A stretch of 64,000 bases of DNA, from assembly GCF_018977255.1 (NCBI RefSeq), contig NW_024704742.1, positions 97,590,001 through 97,654,000 of the forward strand, in the 5' to 3' direction. A program made the translations under genes and the position numbers. How positions within the stretch are numbered: the stretch's first letter is position 1; every line of letters begins with the position of its first letter. Shown here piece after piece: positions 38,340-51,900 of this stretch. This DNA comes from Callorhinchus milii. Its lineage: Eukaryota. The notes under the pieces were generated by a model. The model ran no database searches. It saw only the letters and a list, made by a program, of their open reading frames with translations, and was not told the DNA's origin.

Positions 38340-38856
38340 CCCATAATCAACTCCTCCCTCCATAGGCTGCAGATCATCCAGAACTCTGCAGCCCATGTCC
38401 TCTCCCCACCAGGCTCCGCAACCCCATCACCCCCATCCTCGCCCGAATCCACTGGCTTCCTATCACATTTCAGGATCCTGATCCTCACCTTCAAAGTCCT
38501 CCATGGCCTTGCTTCCCCCTGCCTCTGTGACCTCCTACCAACCTGTCCTTTCCCTCCGCTCAGCAGGCTCCAGCCTGCTTCATGTCCCATGCCTGACCTG
38601 CCCCACAATTGGTTGGCGGGCCTTCCGCCACTCTGCTCCCATCCTCTGGAACTCAATCCCAGAATTCCTCCACCTCTCCCCCTCCTTTGCCTCCTTCAAG
38701 AACCTTCTCAAGATCCTCCTGATCGACCGTGCCTTCGTTCACACTCCTTCCCCACCTGCCCTCCACGATACTGACCCCCATTTGGGTCCAAAACACTGAC
38801 TGTCCAGTGCCTTGGAATATTCTCCTGATGTGAAAGGCGTTATACAAATGTAATTT
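38340..38856 (+). mobile_element. L2 LINE 3' end
   Basis: LHRLQIIQNSAA, ILILTFKVLHGLA, AFRHSAPILWNSIP, 3' stem-loop. Confidence 0.88.
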
Positions 38857-39249
38857 TCCTGCTAGCCAGCTGGCACGCAATGAGCAACACCAGAGACGAA
38901 GAAGGGGCACTTGAGTGATGTTCCAGAGGTCAAACAGTGCCCATGAAACCTTACCCCAGGGAGATTCAGTGCTTTGAGCCAAGGAGTGGAGAGCATTGTA
39001 ATCCTTGGCACTCATAGTAATCGCTTTATTGAACATCATGAATTCAGAGCAATTGTAATTAAATTTTGCTAATTCTTCCTATAGAGGTTCTCATTACTTG
39101 GAGGCAACCAAATCTATGCAGGCATGCATGAGCACACAGCGTACAAACACAAGCAAACAATTTCACACCCATGTACACTGGTTTGCAAATAGTCAAGCAT
39201 TTGTGGAGTCTTGCAGCTTAGTAGTTAAAATACTTGCCTCGCAAGCAAG

Positions 39250-40755
39250 AGGAAATGGGGAACTATAGATCAATTAGCCTGACATCAGCGGTAGGGAAAA
39301 TTCTGCAGTCTATAATTAGGGACATCATTGTGGAGCGCTTAGAAAGTCATAATATGATTAGGCAGAGTCAACCTGGATTTATGAAAAGGAAATCGTGTTT
39401 AACAAATCTTTTTAAGTTTTTTGAAGATGTAACTAGCAGGTTAGACAGGGGGGAAACCGGTGAATATAGTGTACTTGGATTTTCAGAAGGCATTCGACAA
39501 GGTGCCACATAAAAGGTTGTTAAATGAGATTAGGACTCATGGAATTAAGGGTAATATATTAGCATGGATCGAAGAATGGTTAACAGCCAGAAAACAGAGA
39601 GTAGGAATAAACGGGTCCTTCTCAGATAGGCAGGATGTGACTAGTGGAGTGCTGCAAGGATCAGTGCTTGGGCCTTAACTTTTTACAGTCTACATCAATG
39701 ACTTAGATGAGGAAATAAAGCTTAATGTATCTAAATTCACTGACGATACAAAGCTAGTTCGGAAAATAAGCTGTGAGGAGGATACAAGGAGGATGCAAAG
39801 GGATATAGACAGATTAAGTGAATGGACAAGAAGGTGGCAGATGGAATATAATGTAGGGAAGTGTGAAATTATTCACCAGGTAGAAAAAACAGAAAAGCAG
39901 ATTATTTTCAAGAGGGAGAGAGACTAGAGTGGAGTCCTGTAGCTCAGTGGTTAGAGCACTCGTTTTGCAAGCGAGAGACCTGAGTTCAATTCCCGGCAGA
40001 GTGAAACCGTGGGCAAGTTTCCTTACTCCACACGCCTAATAATAATCCCTCCAAAACAAAACAATAATAAATTGGTAATTTTCAATCCACGACTGTTTGT
40101 GGGACATTGCTGTGCGCAATTGGCTGCCGCGTTCGCCCACAAATATACAGTCAATTCACTTTACAGTATATTCTGTGAAGCGTTTTGAAACGTCTCGAAG
40201 ACGTGAAAAGCGCTATATCAAATGCCAGGATTATTATAGATCGTGTTAGAATTCAGAGGGATTTAGATGTCCTTGTACACCAATCACAGAAAGTTAGTAT
40301 GCAGGTACAGCAAGCAATTAGAAAGGTTAATAGCATGTTAGCGTTTATTGCAAAGGGGTTCAGTACAAGAGTAGGAAAGTCTTGCTGCAATTGTATAGGG
40401 CCTTGGTGAGACGACACCTGGAATATTGTGTGCAGTTTTGGTCTCCTTATTTAAGAAAGGATATACTTGCCTTGGAGGGGCTGCAATGTAGGTTCATTAG
40501 GTTAGTTCCTGGGATAAGGGGGTTGATCTATGAGGAGAGGTTGAGTAGACTAGGCCTATATTTTCTAGAATATAAAAGAATTAGAGGTGATCTTATAGAA
40601 ACTGATAAGATTCTTAAGGGTCTTGACTGTGAGACTGTTTCCCCTGGTTGAAGAATCTAAAACTAGGGGGTCATAGTCTCACGATTAAAGGTCAGCCCTT
40701 TAGAACTGAGTTGAGTAAACATTTCTTCACTCAGAGGGTAGTGTATTTATGGAAT
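39250..40755 (+). mobile_element. CR1 LINE RT relic (interrupted by the SINE at 39929-40237)
   Basis: [50 protein letters not shown]. Confidence 0.92.
39929..40237 (+). mobile_element. Full-length tRNA-Deu-L2 SINE inserted into a CR1 element
   Basis: Family match; CR1 RT sequence continues on both sides; possible TAGA target duplication. Confidence 0.9.
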
Positions 40756-41449
40756 TTGCCTGCAAGGCAAATTTCTCTAAAAAAGGAAAATTTCATGGAA
40801 AATTCCTACAAATGGTCTGAGACGCTCCGCTGCATGGAGACAGCTACATAAGTGCAAGTCGTTGTTGTTACACATCCACAAACAAGTACATTATTTGCGT
40901 AGATTTCATACGGTCACGTAGGTCAGAGTGAAACACACTATCCCAGACGAACTGAGTCTCAGATCCAATTCCCGAGACTTAAGACCAACTTTGAACCCTA
41001 GACTGAGATGCAGATTGCACGACCGACCCCCGGGGCTCACTTATGCTGGAGATGTGTGTGTTTTACCCTCTGCTTTCATTCCGACCGTATCCCGCTGTGG
41101 AAGAGGGAGGTGAAGGGGGAGCAATGCTACAGGAGAGTGGATGCAATCCAGGGGCGTAAATGATGACTACCCCTCTCTCCCCTTCCCCACACCGCCCCCC
41201 CCATACTACCAGCTTGGGAATCTAACTCTCCCCTAGTAGAGAGGCACATTTTTCAGATTGATCCGATGTCAGCCAAGGCATTGGGGAATAAACAATATGT
41301 CAACTGTGACCAGGCAGATCGATTCTTCCCCCATGTGTTTGCTCCCAGAAGTTTGGAAAGGATTTTGTTTACAGAAGCCAAGTAAGACTTCACTTCGTTT
41401 CCCCAACTTAAAAGGATTGCAACGCAGCATTGCAAAAAAAAAACACACA

Positions 41450-41484
<35 letters not shown>

Positions 41485-41739
41485 ATTGGTCAAAATAAGA
41501 ACCCACACACAGACACATGCAAAAAAAAAAAATACATTTTTGTGTCACACTATCTGAACAACTCCCTCCCTCCCCCCCACAGAGGATTTCAGGGTAAAAG
41601 GGTTCGTGGGCTGAAGCAGAACCCGCCTGAAACTACCGGGAAGTCAACAGAAACTGCGTCCAGTTTCACCAGCAGCCGACACTCGAGTATTCCTCTGCGT
41701 TTTCTTTACACCCATCATTTTTAAAAGAAAAACAACTTC

Positions 41740-42620
41740 AAAGGAAGGCAGCGGCAGGAAGCAAAGATGCGAGTGGTTTGCGGGAAAGGCGGCTGTTGGT
41801 CCGTGCAAATGCATAAGGGGGGATCCGAAGGTGTCATGAGCAGCGGAAAGTTCAGCAGCGGAGGTGTGCGGAGGAGGAGGAGGAGGAGAGGGGAGGAGGA
41901 GGGGAGGAGGAGAGGGGGAGAGGAGAGTTGGTTCTTGTGGACTTACCGCTGAAGGAGCGCTCGGCTGCAGCCGCAGCTCTGGTGCCAATGGCAAAGAGGA
42001 GCATTTTGTTTGGGCTGTGGAGCAAACGGCACCGAAACCCGATAACAGCGGCAGGAACCCCCCCCCCCCCCCGCAGCTCACCCTCAGCACCCGCTCACAC
42101 CGAGACTTCCCGCCACCGCCTGTGTCTCCGCGGCTGGAGGTGATGGAGGGGGTGAGAGAGGAGGGGGTGAGGGAGGGGGTGAGAGAGGTGAGGGAGGGAG
42201 GGAGGGGATGGATGGAGGAGGAGGAGGAGGAGGAGTGGTGCAACTTATTGCAACCGATCAGAAGGTGCCCTCTCTGATGCGCAAAGAAGCGGCGGTCGTT
42301 CCTCTCGCCTCCGGGCGGACCTGACGTGTGCGGCCAGCGATTGCGGTGGCCGCTCGCTGGTTTGCTGTAACCCGCTACAGCAGCAGCAGCAGCAGCAGCA
42401 AAAGGCAGACGCGATGGGTCACTGCTGAGCGCAGACCAATTACTCGCCGGCAATCCCTGGCAGCTCTCCTCCAAGAGGAGGAGTCGCTACTGCCCCCTCA
42501 CTCGGCTCCAGATGAATGCCCCCAGGGGTGGGGGTGGGGGTGGAGGTGGGGTGGGTGGGGGTGGGGGGTATTTGCTGACAGTTTTTCCCTCCAATCGAGC
42601 ACCACACCGTTTGCTCGTGG
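41740..42620 (-). promoter_or_regulatory. CpG island; probable GCNT1 promoter and non-coding first exon
   Basis: Seen: CpG/GC-rich block in a CpG-poor background, GC box GGGCGG 42313-42318, TGACGT 42322-42327, CCAAT 42436-42440 and 42591-42595. Minus-strand donors G|GTAAGT (GT at 41946-41945) and AGG|GTGAGC (42081-42080). Assignment to GCNT1 is inferred from orientation and the lack of another minus-strand gene. Confidence 0.6.
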
Positions 42621-45280
42621 CACCAAAATGTGCATATTTTCCAGGTGTGCACCTCATTGTTCCAGGAGCATTTTAATAATAATAATAATAAATAATAATA
42701 ATAATAATAATAATAATCCTTGCGTTTGACACCACCTACTCGAGACCGTCTCGAAGCGCATCACAGGATATGCTGTAAAGTCAATTGACTGTGTATTTTG
42801 TGGGTGAAATATATATTCGCTCTTCATCCTCCCACCCCCCACCCCCACACCCACAAAAATATTATTTAGGCGCTCACGCGGGAACTGTGCAAAACGTGGG
42901 AATTTCCGAGTGGGACAAGCTGAATTGGCCTTGTGTATGGGGAAAGGAAAGTGAGTCAACATTTCGGGTCCACGAACCTTCGTCTGACGGGTATCCACAC
43001 CAAATTGAGAATTCCATACGTCCCACCTACACCTGGAAATTTCAGACATATGTATTTGAATGGAATGTGTACTCTCTCCCTGGAGGAACATATCCTGTTT
43101 ACCTATTTCCAGAGATTAGGCACGGGTTGGCAAGAGCCAAGGCTTGGGTTTGCCAGAGTGTGCGTTGGGATACTGCTGGAGTCTAACCAGCTAAAATTGC
43201 ACAGCTCGCCATTAAAAGCACTGTGTGGCAAGCTTTGCCGCTACTTGTTCAGCTAGAACCACCCATTCGTTAGGATTTTGGCTTGTAGCGGTAACAGGAG
43301 CTGAGTGGGAAGAATCCCTGGCCCATGCCTGGTCTGTTCTTCCAAGTTCTGCTTGGGATGATGGGATTGTAGCAATATCTTTGCTCTGGAGTGCTGAGTT
43401 GATAGATCAAATGGCCTCCTCTGCTGTAGATTTTTATGTTTACAAGTTTCTATTGCTAAATCAGTAATACAACGGCAAGAAATCATAATCATGTATAGTG
43501 TTCTGATTAGGCCACATTCAAAGTATTGTTGCCAGTTTTGATTGCAGAAACACTCCAGAATTGCCCAGATCTAAAGGGAGAGAAGAACAAGGAGCATTCC
43601 AGTATTAGAGGAGGAACTTTGAGCAACAATTACACAAGCTAGGGATCTTTGAAAGGAGAAATTTCAGAGAGGTACACTCTATGGGCTTTCAAAATGAGAT
43701 TGAGAAAGCAAATATAGTTATATCCTTTCAAATGGTCTGAGACATCAAACCAAGAAGACATATGTGTTGGGCTGCAAATGTCAATTTCACCAGGATGGTT
43801 TTCTTTATCCAGAGGGTAGTTAATGACTAACAGATTACCAAGAAGGCAGATCACTGGACATGTTTAAAAAATACAACTTGATGCTGAGATAGTAGGATGG
43901 GTATTCTGGAAGGATGAGATCAAAGGAGTCAAAGGACCTTTCTCATCCTAACCAATTTTATCATTCCTAATATTTGATCCACACAGCATTTTACACATTG
44001 CAAATATTATGCTAATGTTTCTCTGGAACTCCCTTCCTCACTCCCTCTCTTCCTGTTTTCAGGTCTCGGCTGAAGACCTTTCTTTTCGACCGCGCCTTTG
44101 GTCACCTTCCTCCCCTTCCCCCGGCCCTGGGATCTGTTACTGTGAAGCACTCTGAGATGCTGTCCGGCGTGGAGGACGCTATATAAATCCAAGTTGCTGT
44201 TGTTGTTGCGATCATATTTTATATACATAGACTGTATAGTATCAAAACAGGCCATTTAGCGCAACCTATGCCGGTGTTTATAATGTACATGAACCTCCAC
44301 TCATCTAAATCCCCTCTCCCTCTGTCTATCCCATACAATACAAAATTGCACTTGTATAGCGCCTTTCACATCGGGAGGACATCCCAAAGGGCTGGACAAT
44401 CAGGGATTTGGAGCCAAACGAGGAGAAGGGAATGTACGATGGAGTTCCAAAAGGTGGGGGCAGAGAAGCTGAGGTCCGACCACCGATGGTGCGCTGAACT
44501 GGGCAGGGGACGTGGAGCAGGCTGGAGCCATATTCCTTGTCAAATGTATCGGCACTGCAACACTTAACCACTGTAGACACAGAAGAAAGGCCGTGCTTGT
44601 TGACCATAACATTTATTCCAGGCACCCAGAGGACTGTGAAAGGGATTGTAGAGAGACTTAATTATGGAAGCTCAAGGAAAAAGATAAAGAGGTCCTTTGC
44701 AAAAAGACGACATTGATCACTTGGTGCCTCATAGGAATCAGATCATGAGGTCCTTAGGGGTCTGTAGAAAACAAGTTTAGGATAGTTTAGGATATAAGGA
44801 AGAGGTTTTGCCAGTAATTGTTGAGAGATGTACGAGCTGAAAGTAGCTGAGAGGGAGCTCAACAGTCCGAGAATGTAGGTGGGTGATGAAGGGAGATGTA
44901 AGAGAATGTGAAAGCTGAGGGGAGCAGGATAGTCTGAAAAGGTAGGAACAGAACAGTCAAGGTGGAAGTCAGAAGGGAGCAGAACAGTCAGATTATCCTG
45001 GCGCGTCCCTTACAATTTATATAGCTTGATCACCTATACCATTTCGAATAAAACCTTGATTCTAATACTCTGTTTCAAATGCATCTATTATTCAGCATCG
45101 AACGCGAAAGCCTTTCGGAAGGATGGGGACGAGATTGACATATTGGTGATGTGACTCGGATTGTTGAAATAACCTGAGGAGATGTGAGGATATAACCTGA
45201 GGAGACGGAAGTATACCCTTTCATAGTCAAGAATCTCAATCGAGCTAGAAGGGATGGATTCAAGTCAAATAGAAGGATTC

Positions 45281-45634
45281 AGTAACAAAACGCAAAATAC
45301 TGCAGATGCTGGAAATCTGAAACAAAAACAGAAGTCACTGGGAACACTCAGCAGGACAGGCTATGGAGAAAGGAAAGTGAGTCAAAGTTTCGGGTCCATG
45401 ACCCTTCGTCAGAACTGGGGCATGTTGGGAGGGAGAGGCTTTTAAGGGCTAACAGAGAGGGGGGAGGCAAGGCAAGGAAGATAAAGGAGAAAATGGGGTA
45501 GAGGAGAAGGGATGATGGGTTAAAGAGGTGTTAATGATGCAAAACAAAGGGGGGGATTACAACAAAGCAGGGGAATAGAGGTGCTAATGATTAGAGGTGG
45601 GAATAAGTGTTCCCAACGACTTCTGTTTTTGTTG
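45281..45634 (-). mobile_element. Penelope-like element relic with an inverted terminal segment and 11-bp target-site duplication; related fragments at 9715-9826 and 42935-42990
   Basis: TAGAAGGATTC at 45270-45280 and 45635-45645; ~45322-45348 is inverted at ~45606-45633; hammerhead core on the minus strand. Confidence 0.75.
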
Positions 45635-46899
45635 TAGAAGGATTCCGTACAAAGGTCGTACCCAAAAAACTAGATGAGTTGATTAACTATTTGGGGTTAT
45701 ATGGACAGACATAGAAAAGACAATGGGAGACTCGATTAATTAATAAATAAAGGATAGTAAATTGGATGATGTCGTATTCTACAAAGGAAAGGAAGCTTTA
45801 AAGAAACAACTGGATAATAACATGGTAAAGAAAAGGGAAAGAAAGGCTACACAGCAGAGAATGTGACAAGTTGAAAGAAAGCGAGAGAGAGCAGCATGGG
45901 TTAAAAGACTGTCATGAATCCTGCTTTTTTTCTTCCTGTATCCCGGACCTTAACCTCTCAGATTTATGGTTCTGGAGCTTACTCATGGCAAACTATGAAC
46001 AGGATTTGGTTTGTATGTTCTTAATTGATATAAATTTGGTCTTTATCTTCAATCGCCCTTGGCTAGTACAATAAAGTTATTTCCTGTTTATTCCTTTCCA
46101 CTCTGAAATTAAAATCAATGACTGCAGACACAGCTTTTAAAATCACTGACTAGGAGCACCTTGTTTGGTTTGTGTTAACTAACCCTGATAAGAAACAAAA
46201 GGAGCACAACGCTGTTGTAGAGAGAGTTAACCCTTTGGTTTCCACAGACATGTAAAGTAAAACTATGTTTCTGCAGCTACTGACAAATTTGATTTAAGTA
46301 TCTTTGGTGTATTTCGTCATAGAAACAACTATGACATAATTAGCCAATTAATTGTGGTAAATTTGGATGCAGAGGGAATATACATCTAGATGAGCAGCAT
46401 AAAAACTCTACTATTCTTCATTGAGAACTGTCAGTCAATAGGTAGGGGAGCTTAATATTTCTCCATAAGCAATGGGTATCCTGTCACTATTACAGTAAAT
46501 CTTATTGCTTTGTAATGACAGAATGGGGTTAATTCAGTTCCTCATGCTGTCAAGCAGAGTGATGTTTCCCCACCTATCAGCTCCTCAATTATGTCATTGG
46601 TGTTAGAATAACAATAATCCTTGCATTTTATAGAGTGCCTTATCACATCAAGAATGTCTCAAATCTCTTAACAAAGTTTCTGTAAAGTGTAAAGACAATA
46701 CTTGCAATCAAATGTGGCAGCTAGTTTGTACGCAGCAATGCCTTGCAACCCACCATAAAGTGAATGACCAATTTTATCTGGGGGATTGTTGGCCAACACA
46801 CTGAGGGAGATATTCCCTTCTCTTTTATAATAGCATATCAAGTCACAGGTTCTTTAATGTCCACCTGAATAGAGAGAAGGAATCTTGGTGTCATCTGAA

Positions 46900-47217
46900 G
46901 TGGAGTCCTGTAGCTCAGTGGTAAAAGCACTCGCCTTGCAAGCGAGACACCTGGGTTCAATTCTAGGCAGGGCGAAACCTTGGGCAAGTTTTCTTACTCC
47001 ACACGCCTAATAATAATCCCTCCAAAAAACAAAACAATAATAAATTAGTCATTTTCAATCCACGACTGTTTGTGGGACACTGCTGTGTGCAATTCGCTGC
47101 CCTATTTCGCCCACAAATATACGGTCAATTCACTTTACAGTCTATTCTGTGAAGCGTTTTGAGACATTGAGAAGACGTGAAAAGCGTTATATCAAATGCA
47201 AGGATTATTATTATTAT
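46900..47217 (+). mobile_element. Full-length tRNA-Deu-L2 SINE
   Basis: Family match over the full length. Confidence 0.9.
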
Positions 47218-48504
47218 ATATAAGGATGGATTCACCACAATTAATTATAGCTCCTTGGGACGGCCTCCCGACGTGAAAGGTGCTATATATAAATATAATT
47301 TTGTTGTTCTTGTTACAAATGTTTGCAAGTTTTATTTTTAAAGGGTCCCATTTATGAGACTTAAAAAACAGTATATTTCCTGCATTTTTTTCCCTCAAAA
47401 ATTATTCTCTCACACTTTATTTAAGTTCTTTCTATGCCACAGCTTTCTCTCCAGATAGACATAGGAAAGGGACTGCTCCCAGTGGTCAATTAGACATCAA
47501 AAAGTGCCTGAGTAGCTTGAGATCTTCTCTCTCTCTTGTACACAAGTGTTTTTCATTTGGCAAGTCTGTATTATACCTGTTGCTATGTATTAATCAGAAG
47601 CAGGCACATTAGGGTTAAGCAAACTAAATACAATTGATAAAATCTTTGCTTCCACTTTAATACAACAACAATAACAAGATCCCATTTATTGAGCGCCTTT
47701 CACGTCGGGAGGAAGTCCCAAGGCGCTGTACAGTTGGGTCAGGACCCGAGCAAGGGGGAAATGGTCAGGGTGAGGGGAGGGAAGGGAGGGAGCGAGGAGG
47801 GGGTCATACCTTTCATACTTTGTGCAAGGAAGTATTCATGTATGAATTCTTATAGCACAATAAACCTATGGACGTGGTTGAGTTGCTAATGCCAATACTT
47901 TGGTTTAAGTATTTTTTTGATTAGCCGAATGTCTAACAAAATATGGAAACCCATCACCATACTTAAGCATATCCAAACTAAACTCAGAATTCCACGCATC
48001 CCATGTACACATGGAAATTCCCATATATTGGAATGCAATGTGCACTCTGGAGGGATGCATCCTGCATATCTAATTCCGGAGAATATTATGCACAGGTGAT
48101 AAGAGCCAAGGCTTGGGGAACCAGAATGTGGTTGGGGCACTGCTGGAGCCAAACCAGCTAAACCGCATAGCTTGCCATTGAGATTACCAGATTTTGTTGA
48201 TTTAAGTTTTTTAACATAAGGAAAACAATTCAGTTTTTGTTTTGTTTGCTCTTTTTGTTAATGCTGATGAAAATGTCCAACAGAATGTGAGTCTGGTTTA
48301 TATTGGAGCGAATGCTTCAAAGGCCTGATCGGTTACAATTGTTGTCAAACCCAAATTGTGGAATTTCAGCGTCACTTCACAGTGATGGTTTGCGTTACAC
48401 AATCTGAGTAATCTAAATACTCAATCAGCGTATTCAACATCTCACTATACTCTTATTTAAACCTACTACACTACCTACTCCTCAAAAAAATCTCCCTGGA
48501 CCCA

Positions 48505-48820
48505 TGGAGTCCTGTAGCTCAGTGGTTAGAGCACTCGCTTTGCAAGCGAGAGACCTGAGTTCAATTCCAGGCAGGGCGAAACCTTGGGCAAGTTTCCTTA
48601 CTCCACACCCCTAATAATAATCCCTCCAAAACCAAAAACAATAATAAATTGGTCATTTTCAATCAACGACTGTTTGTGGGACATTGCTGTGCGCAATTGA
48701 CTGCCACGTTCGCCCACAAATATACAGTCAATTCACTTTACAGTGTGTTCTGTGAAGCGCTTTGGGACGTCCTCCCGACGTGAAAAGCGCTATATCAAAT
48801 GCAAGGATTATTTATTATTA
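48505..48820 (+). mobile_element. Full-length tRNA-Deu-L2 SINE inserted into an L2 fragment
   Basis: Family match; L2 sequence (KKxSLDP..NYRP) is interrupted at the insertion. Confidence 0.9.
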
Positions 48821-48914
48821 TGCCCTCTCTCGAATTACCGCCCTTTCTCCAACCTCTCTTTCCTTCCTAAAAGAGAGGTTGGAGAAAGGGCGGTAATTTG
48901 AGAGAGGGCATAAT
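48817..48914. repeat. Near-perfect palindrome, 45-bp stem and 8-nt loop
   Basis: 48817-48861 pairs with 48870-48914 with a single G.T mismatch. Confidence 0.95.
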
Positions 48915-51900
48915 TGAATGAGTCGTTGCTTCCCAGCTTTGCTCCTTCCTCTCTGGCCACTCCCTATATGAACACCTCCAATCGGGTTTCCATGCTGCCC
49001 ACAGCAACCAAACAGCCTTGGATAAAGTGACAAATGATATTTTGTCCATCTGCGACCAGGGCTCCATCTGTCTCCTCATCCTCCTTGACCTCTCTGCTGC
49101 CTTTGATACCTTGACCACTCTATCCTCCTCCACCGCCTCTCCTCTCACCTCAACCTTCATTGTTCTGTCCTTGAGTGGTTCAGATCCTACTGCTCACACC
49201 GGCTCTACTTTGTCTCCACAAACAGCTTCTCCTCCAGTCTCTGCATAGTCTTGTGTGGTCTTCTTCGGGTCTCTGTCCTTGGTCCTCTCCTCCTCAACAT
49301 GTACATGTTCCCTCTTGGTGACATCATCCGCAGACATATGGATGACACCCAACTCTATCTCTCTGCCTCTACCCTCGATTCCAGGACCACTGCTTTCCTG
49401 ACAGAATGTCTGTCAGACATCAAGTCCTGGATGAGAGCTAACTTACTGCAGTTGAATGTCAACAAGACCGAGGCCCCCTGATTGGATCCCGTCAGGGCCT
49501 CCACACCTCAGACACTGGCAGCATCACCACCCATGGATGCAAACTCCAAACTTGCCCCCTCACTTCCCAAACTGCCTCCTATTCCCGATCTTCACCCTGG
49601 TTCACCAGCCACCTCTGCTCGCTTAAGGGCCAGGTGAGGTGTACCGAACGCACTTGGCTCAAATCCGGGCTAATGGTCCACCGTCACATCTGGCTGGACC
49701 TCATCATGTACAACCACTCTGCTCTCGCCTTAGCCAAATCATCCTTCTATTCCAAGTTAGTCCTGGAGGCGAAAGGCAATCCCAGGCTCCTATTCTCCAC
49801 CACTAACCGGCTCCTCCACCCTCCCCGCCACGCTGCGCAGATACTTTCCTCTGACTCTCACTGCGAGAAAAGCTGGACTTCCTCAAGTCCAAAATTGAGG
49901 GAATCCACTCAGCTGCCACTACCCCCCAACTTCCACCCCTTCCCTACCCCCACTCCACACAATTACCCATTCAACAATTACACATCTCTCCTTCCACACC
50001 TTTGAACCTGTCACCCCCTCCTTTGTCTTCAACATGGTAACCTCCATGAAGTCCACCACCTGCTCCCTCGACCCCATCCCTACCCCTCTCCTTAAATCCC
50101 AGCTCCACCTCCTTGCCCCAGTACTTGGCGACATCATTAACCTCTCCCTGTCATCTGGCACTGTTCCACATGTATACGGATGACACCCAACTCTACCTTT
50201 CTGCCTCCACCTTGAACTCCAAGACTACTGGCGTCCTGACCTGTCCAACTCCACTGGCTCCCCATCCCCCAGAGGATTGAGTTCAAGATCCTCGTCCTCA
50301 CCTTTAAGGCCATCCATGGCCTTGTCCCCTCCTACCCCTCTGACTTACTGACTCCCTACCAACCTGCCCGCTCCCTCCGTTCATCAGGCTCCGGTCTGCT
50401 CCATGTCTCCTGCCCGACCCGCTCTACTATTGGTGGCCGGTCTTTCAGCCTCTCTGCCCCCACACTCTGGAACTCCATCCCACGGTTCCTTTGCCTCGCT
50501 TCCTCCCTTGCCTCCTTCAAGGCCGGTCTCAAGACCCTTCTCTTCGATCGTGCCTTTGGTCTCCCTCCCACCTCTCTGCCTTCCCTTACCCCTGCACCAC
50601 CCCTCACCCATGCTCGAGCCCTGACATCTGACTGTTCAGCACTTTGGGACATCCTCCCAACATGAAAGGCACTCTGTAAATGTAACTTTGTTGTTGTATA
50701 CTTTGTGGGCAAAATGAGGCAGCCAATTGCGCACAACAGTGTCCTACAAACAGTCATGGATTGAAGTGTCCAATTTATTTATTTTTTTTGAACAAATTAT
50801 TACCCCTGGAAAAGCAATCGGCCAATCGACCAATAATAACTCATGCGGAGTACAAGCAACGGCATTTATCTACTGGTCGGGCTGAGTGGTTTGTTTCTGT
50901 ACATTCTTTGTAAATCTTTGCCACACCTCTACTGCCATCCAGCTGGCATCAACTGGCAGCACATTTCAATTGTATGGAAGCATGAGATTCACATTCACAA
51001 GATCACAAGACTGATTCAGATTAAGAAGGTTTTTCAGTTTGTTTGATCTCATCCTTCCATCTTCCCATTACATCACCAGACACTGGACCTCACAGGTCAA
51101 TGAGGTCCAGTGTCCAGGCTTCATCTGGTAACAACAAATAACAAGTATTTATATTAAGCCCTTCATATAGGATAACATCTCAGAATGCTGACCACAACAA
51201 CTACAATTCCTGAACCCGTTCCAGCTGTTTTACCCTCAATAATGTTGAAGTGGTTACCAGAGTTTTCCATTAAAAATTGCCTATAGAACTGAAAGAAGAT
51301 TGTAACAATGTGTATGTGTTCCCTGTTTGAACTGAATTTGTAAAAGTGGATTTATGAACCACTTTAAGGGAAAAATCAACCATCAAGACTTTTATATTTC
51401 TCACGAGTTTATATTGTGAGCAATAGCTTTTACTAGTGTTTTGTTTAGCTTTTCCATTATTTTTGCTCTTTGTCGACTGTGTTTGCTAACATTAACCAAA
51501 TACAATAACTAACTGGTCCATATTGTAATATGTTAGTTGCTAACACCCTCATTTCTGGCTCAAAAGTTTTAAGCCTCACAGTGGGATGAGGTCACAATTT
51601 AGACTGGTACTCTACTGGGGTTCTGGGGAAATGCCAACATTTGGATGAGATATTAAGTATAAGTTCCATCTACTTGTTTAGATGGGCTTTAAAAATAATT
51701 TGTTGCGATTTGAGAAGAGAAAGTAATTTATCTCAGTGTTATGGCCAGCAATCCTCCAGATTAATTGATCATTCACTTCATGCCTGTTTTTATGACCTTG
51801 CTGCCACAAATGGCTGTCATGTTTTCCGGGAGTAAAAACCATTTATCCCGCTATTTAAATTGTGAAGGATTTTGATAAGGTAACCAAAGGAAATATTTTC

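Larger units (their letters stand above)
48430..50695 (+). mobile_element. Composite of L2 fragments in non-colinear order
   Basis: RT core (48821-49545), then an upstream linker segment (49550-50168), then a deleted RT and 3' tail (50168-50695). Confidence 0.85.

Noticed and set aside
41644..42729. ORFs of 133-276 aa across the CpG island
   Set aside because: Low-complexity poly-S/P/A/G translations, as expected from GC-rich, stop-poor sequence.
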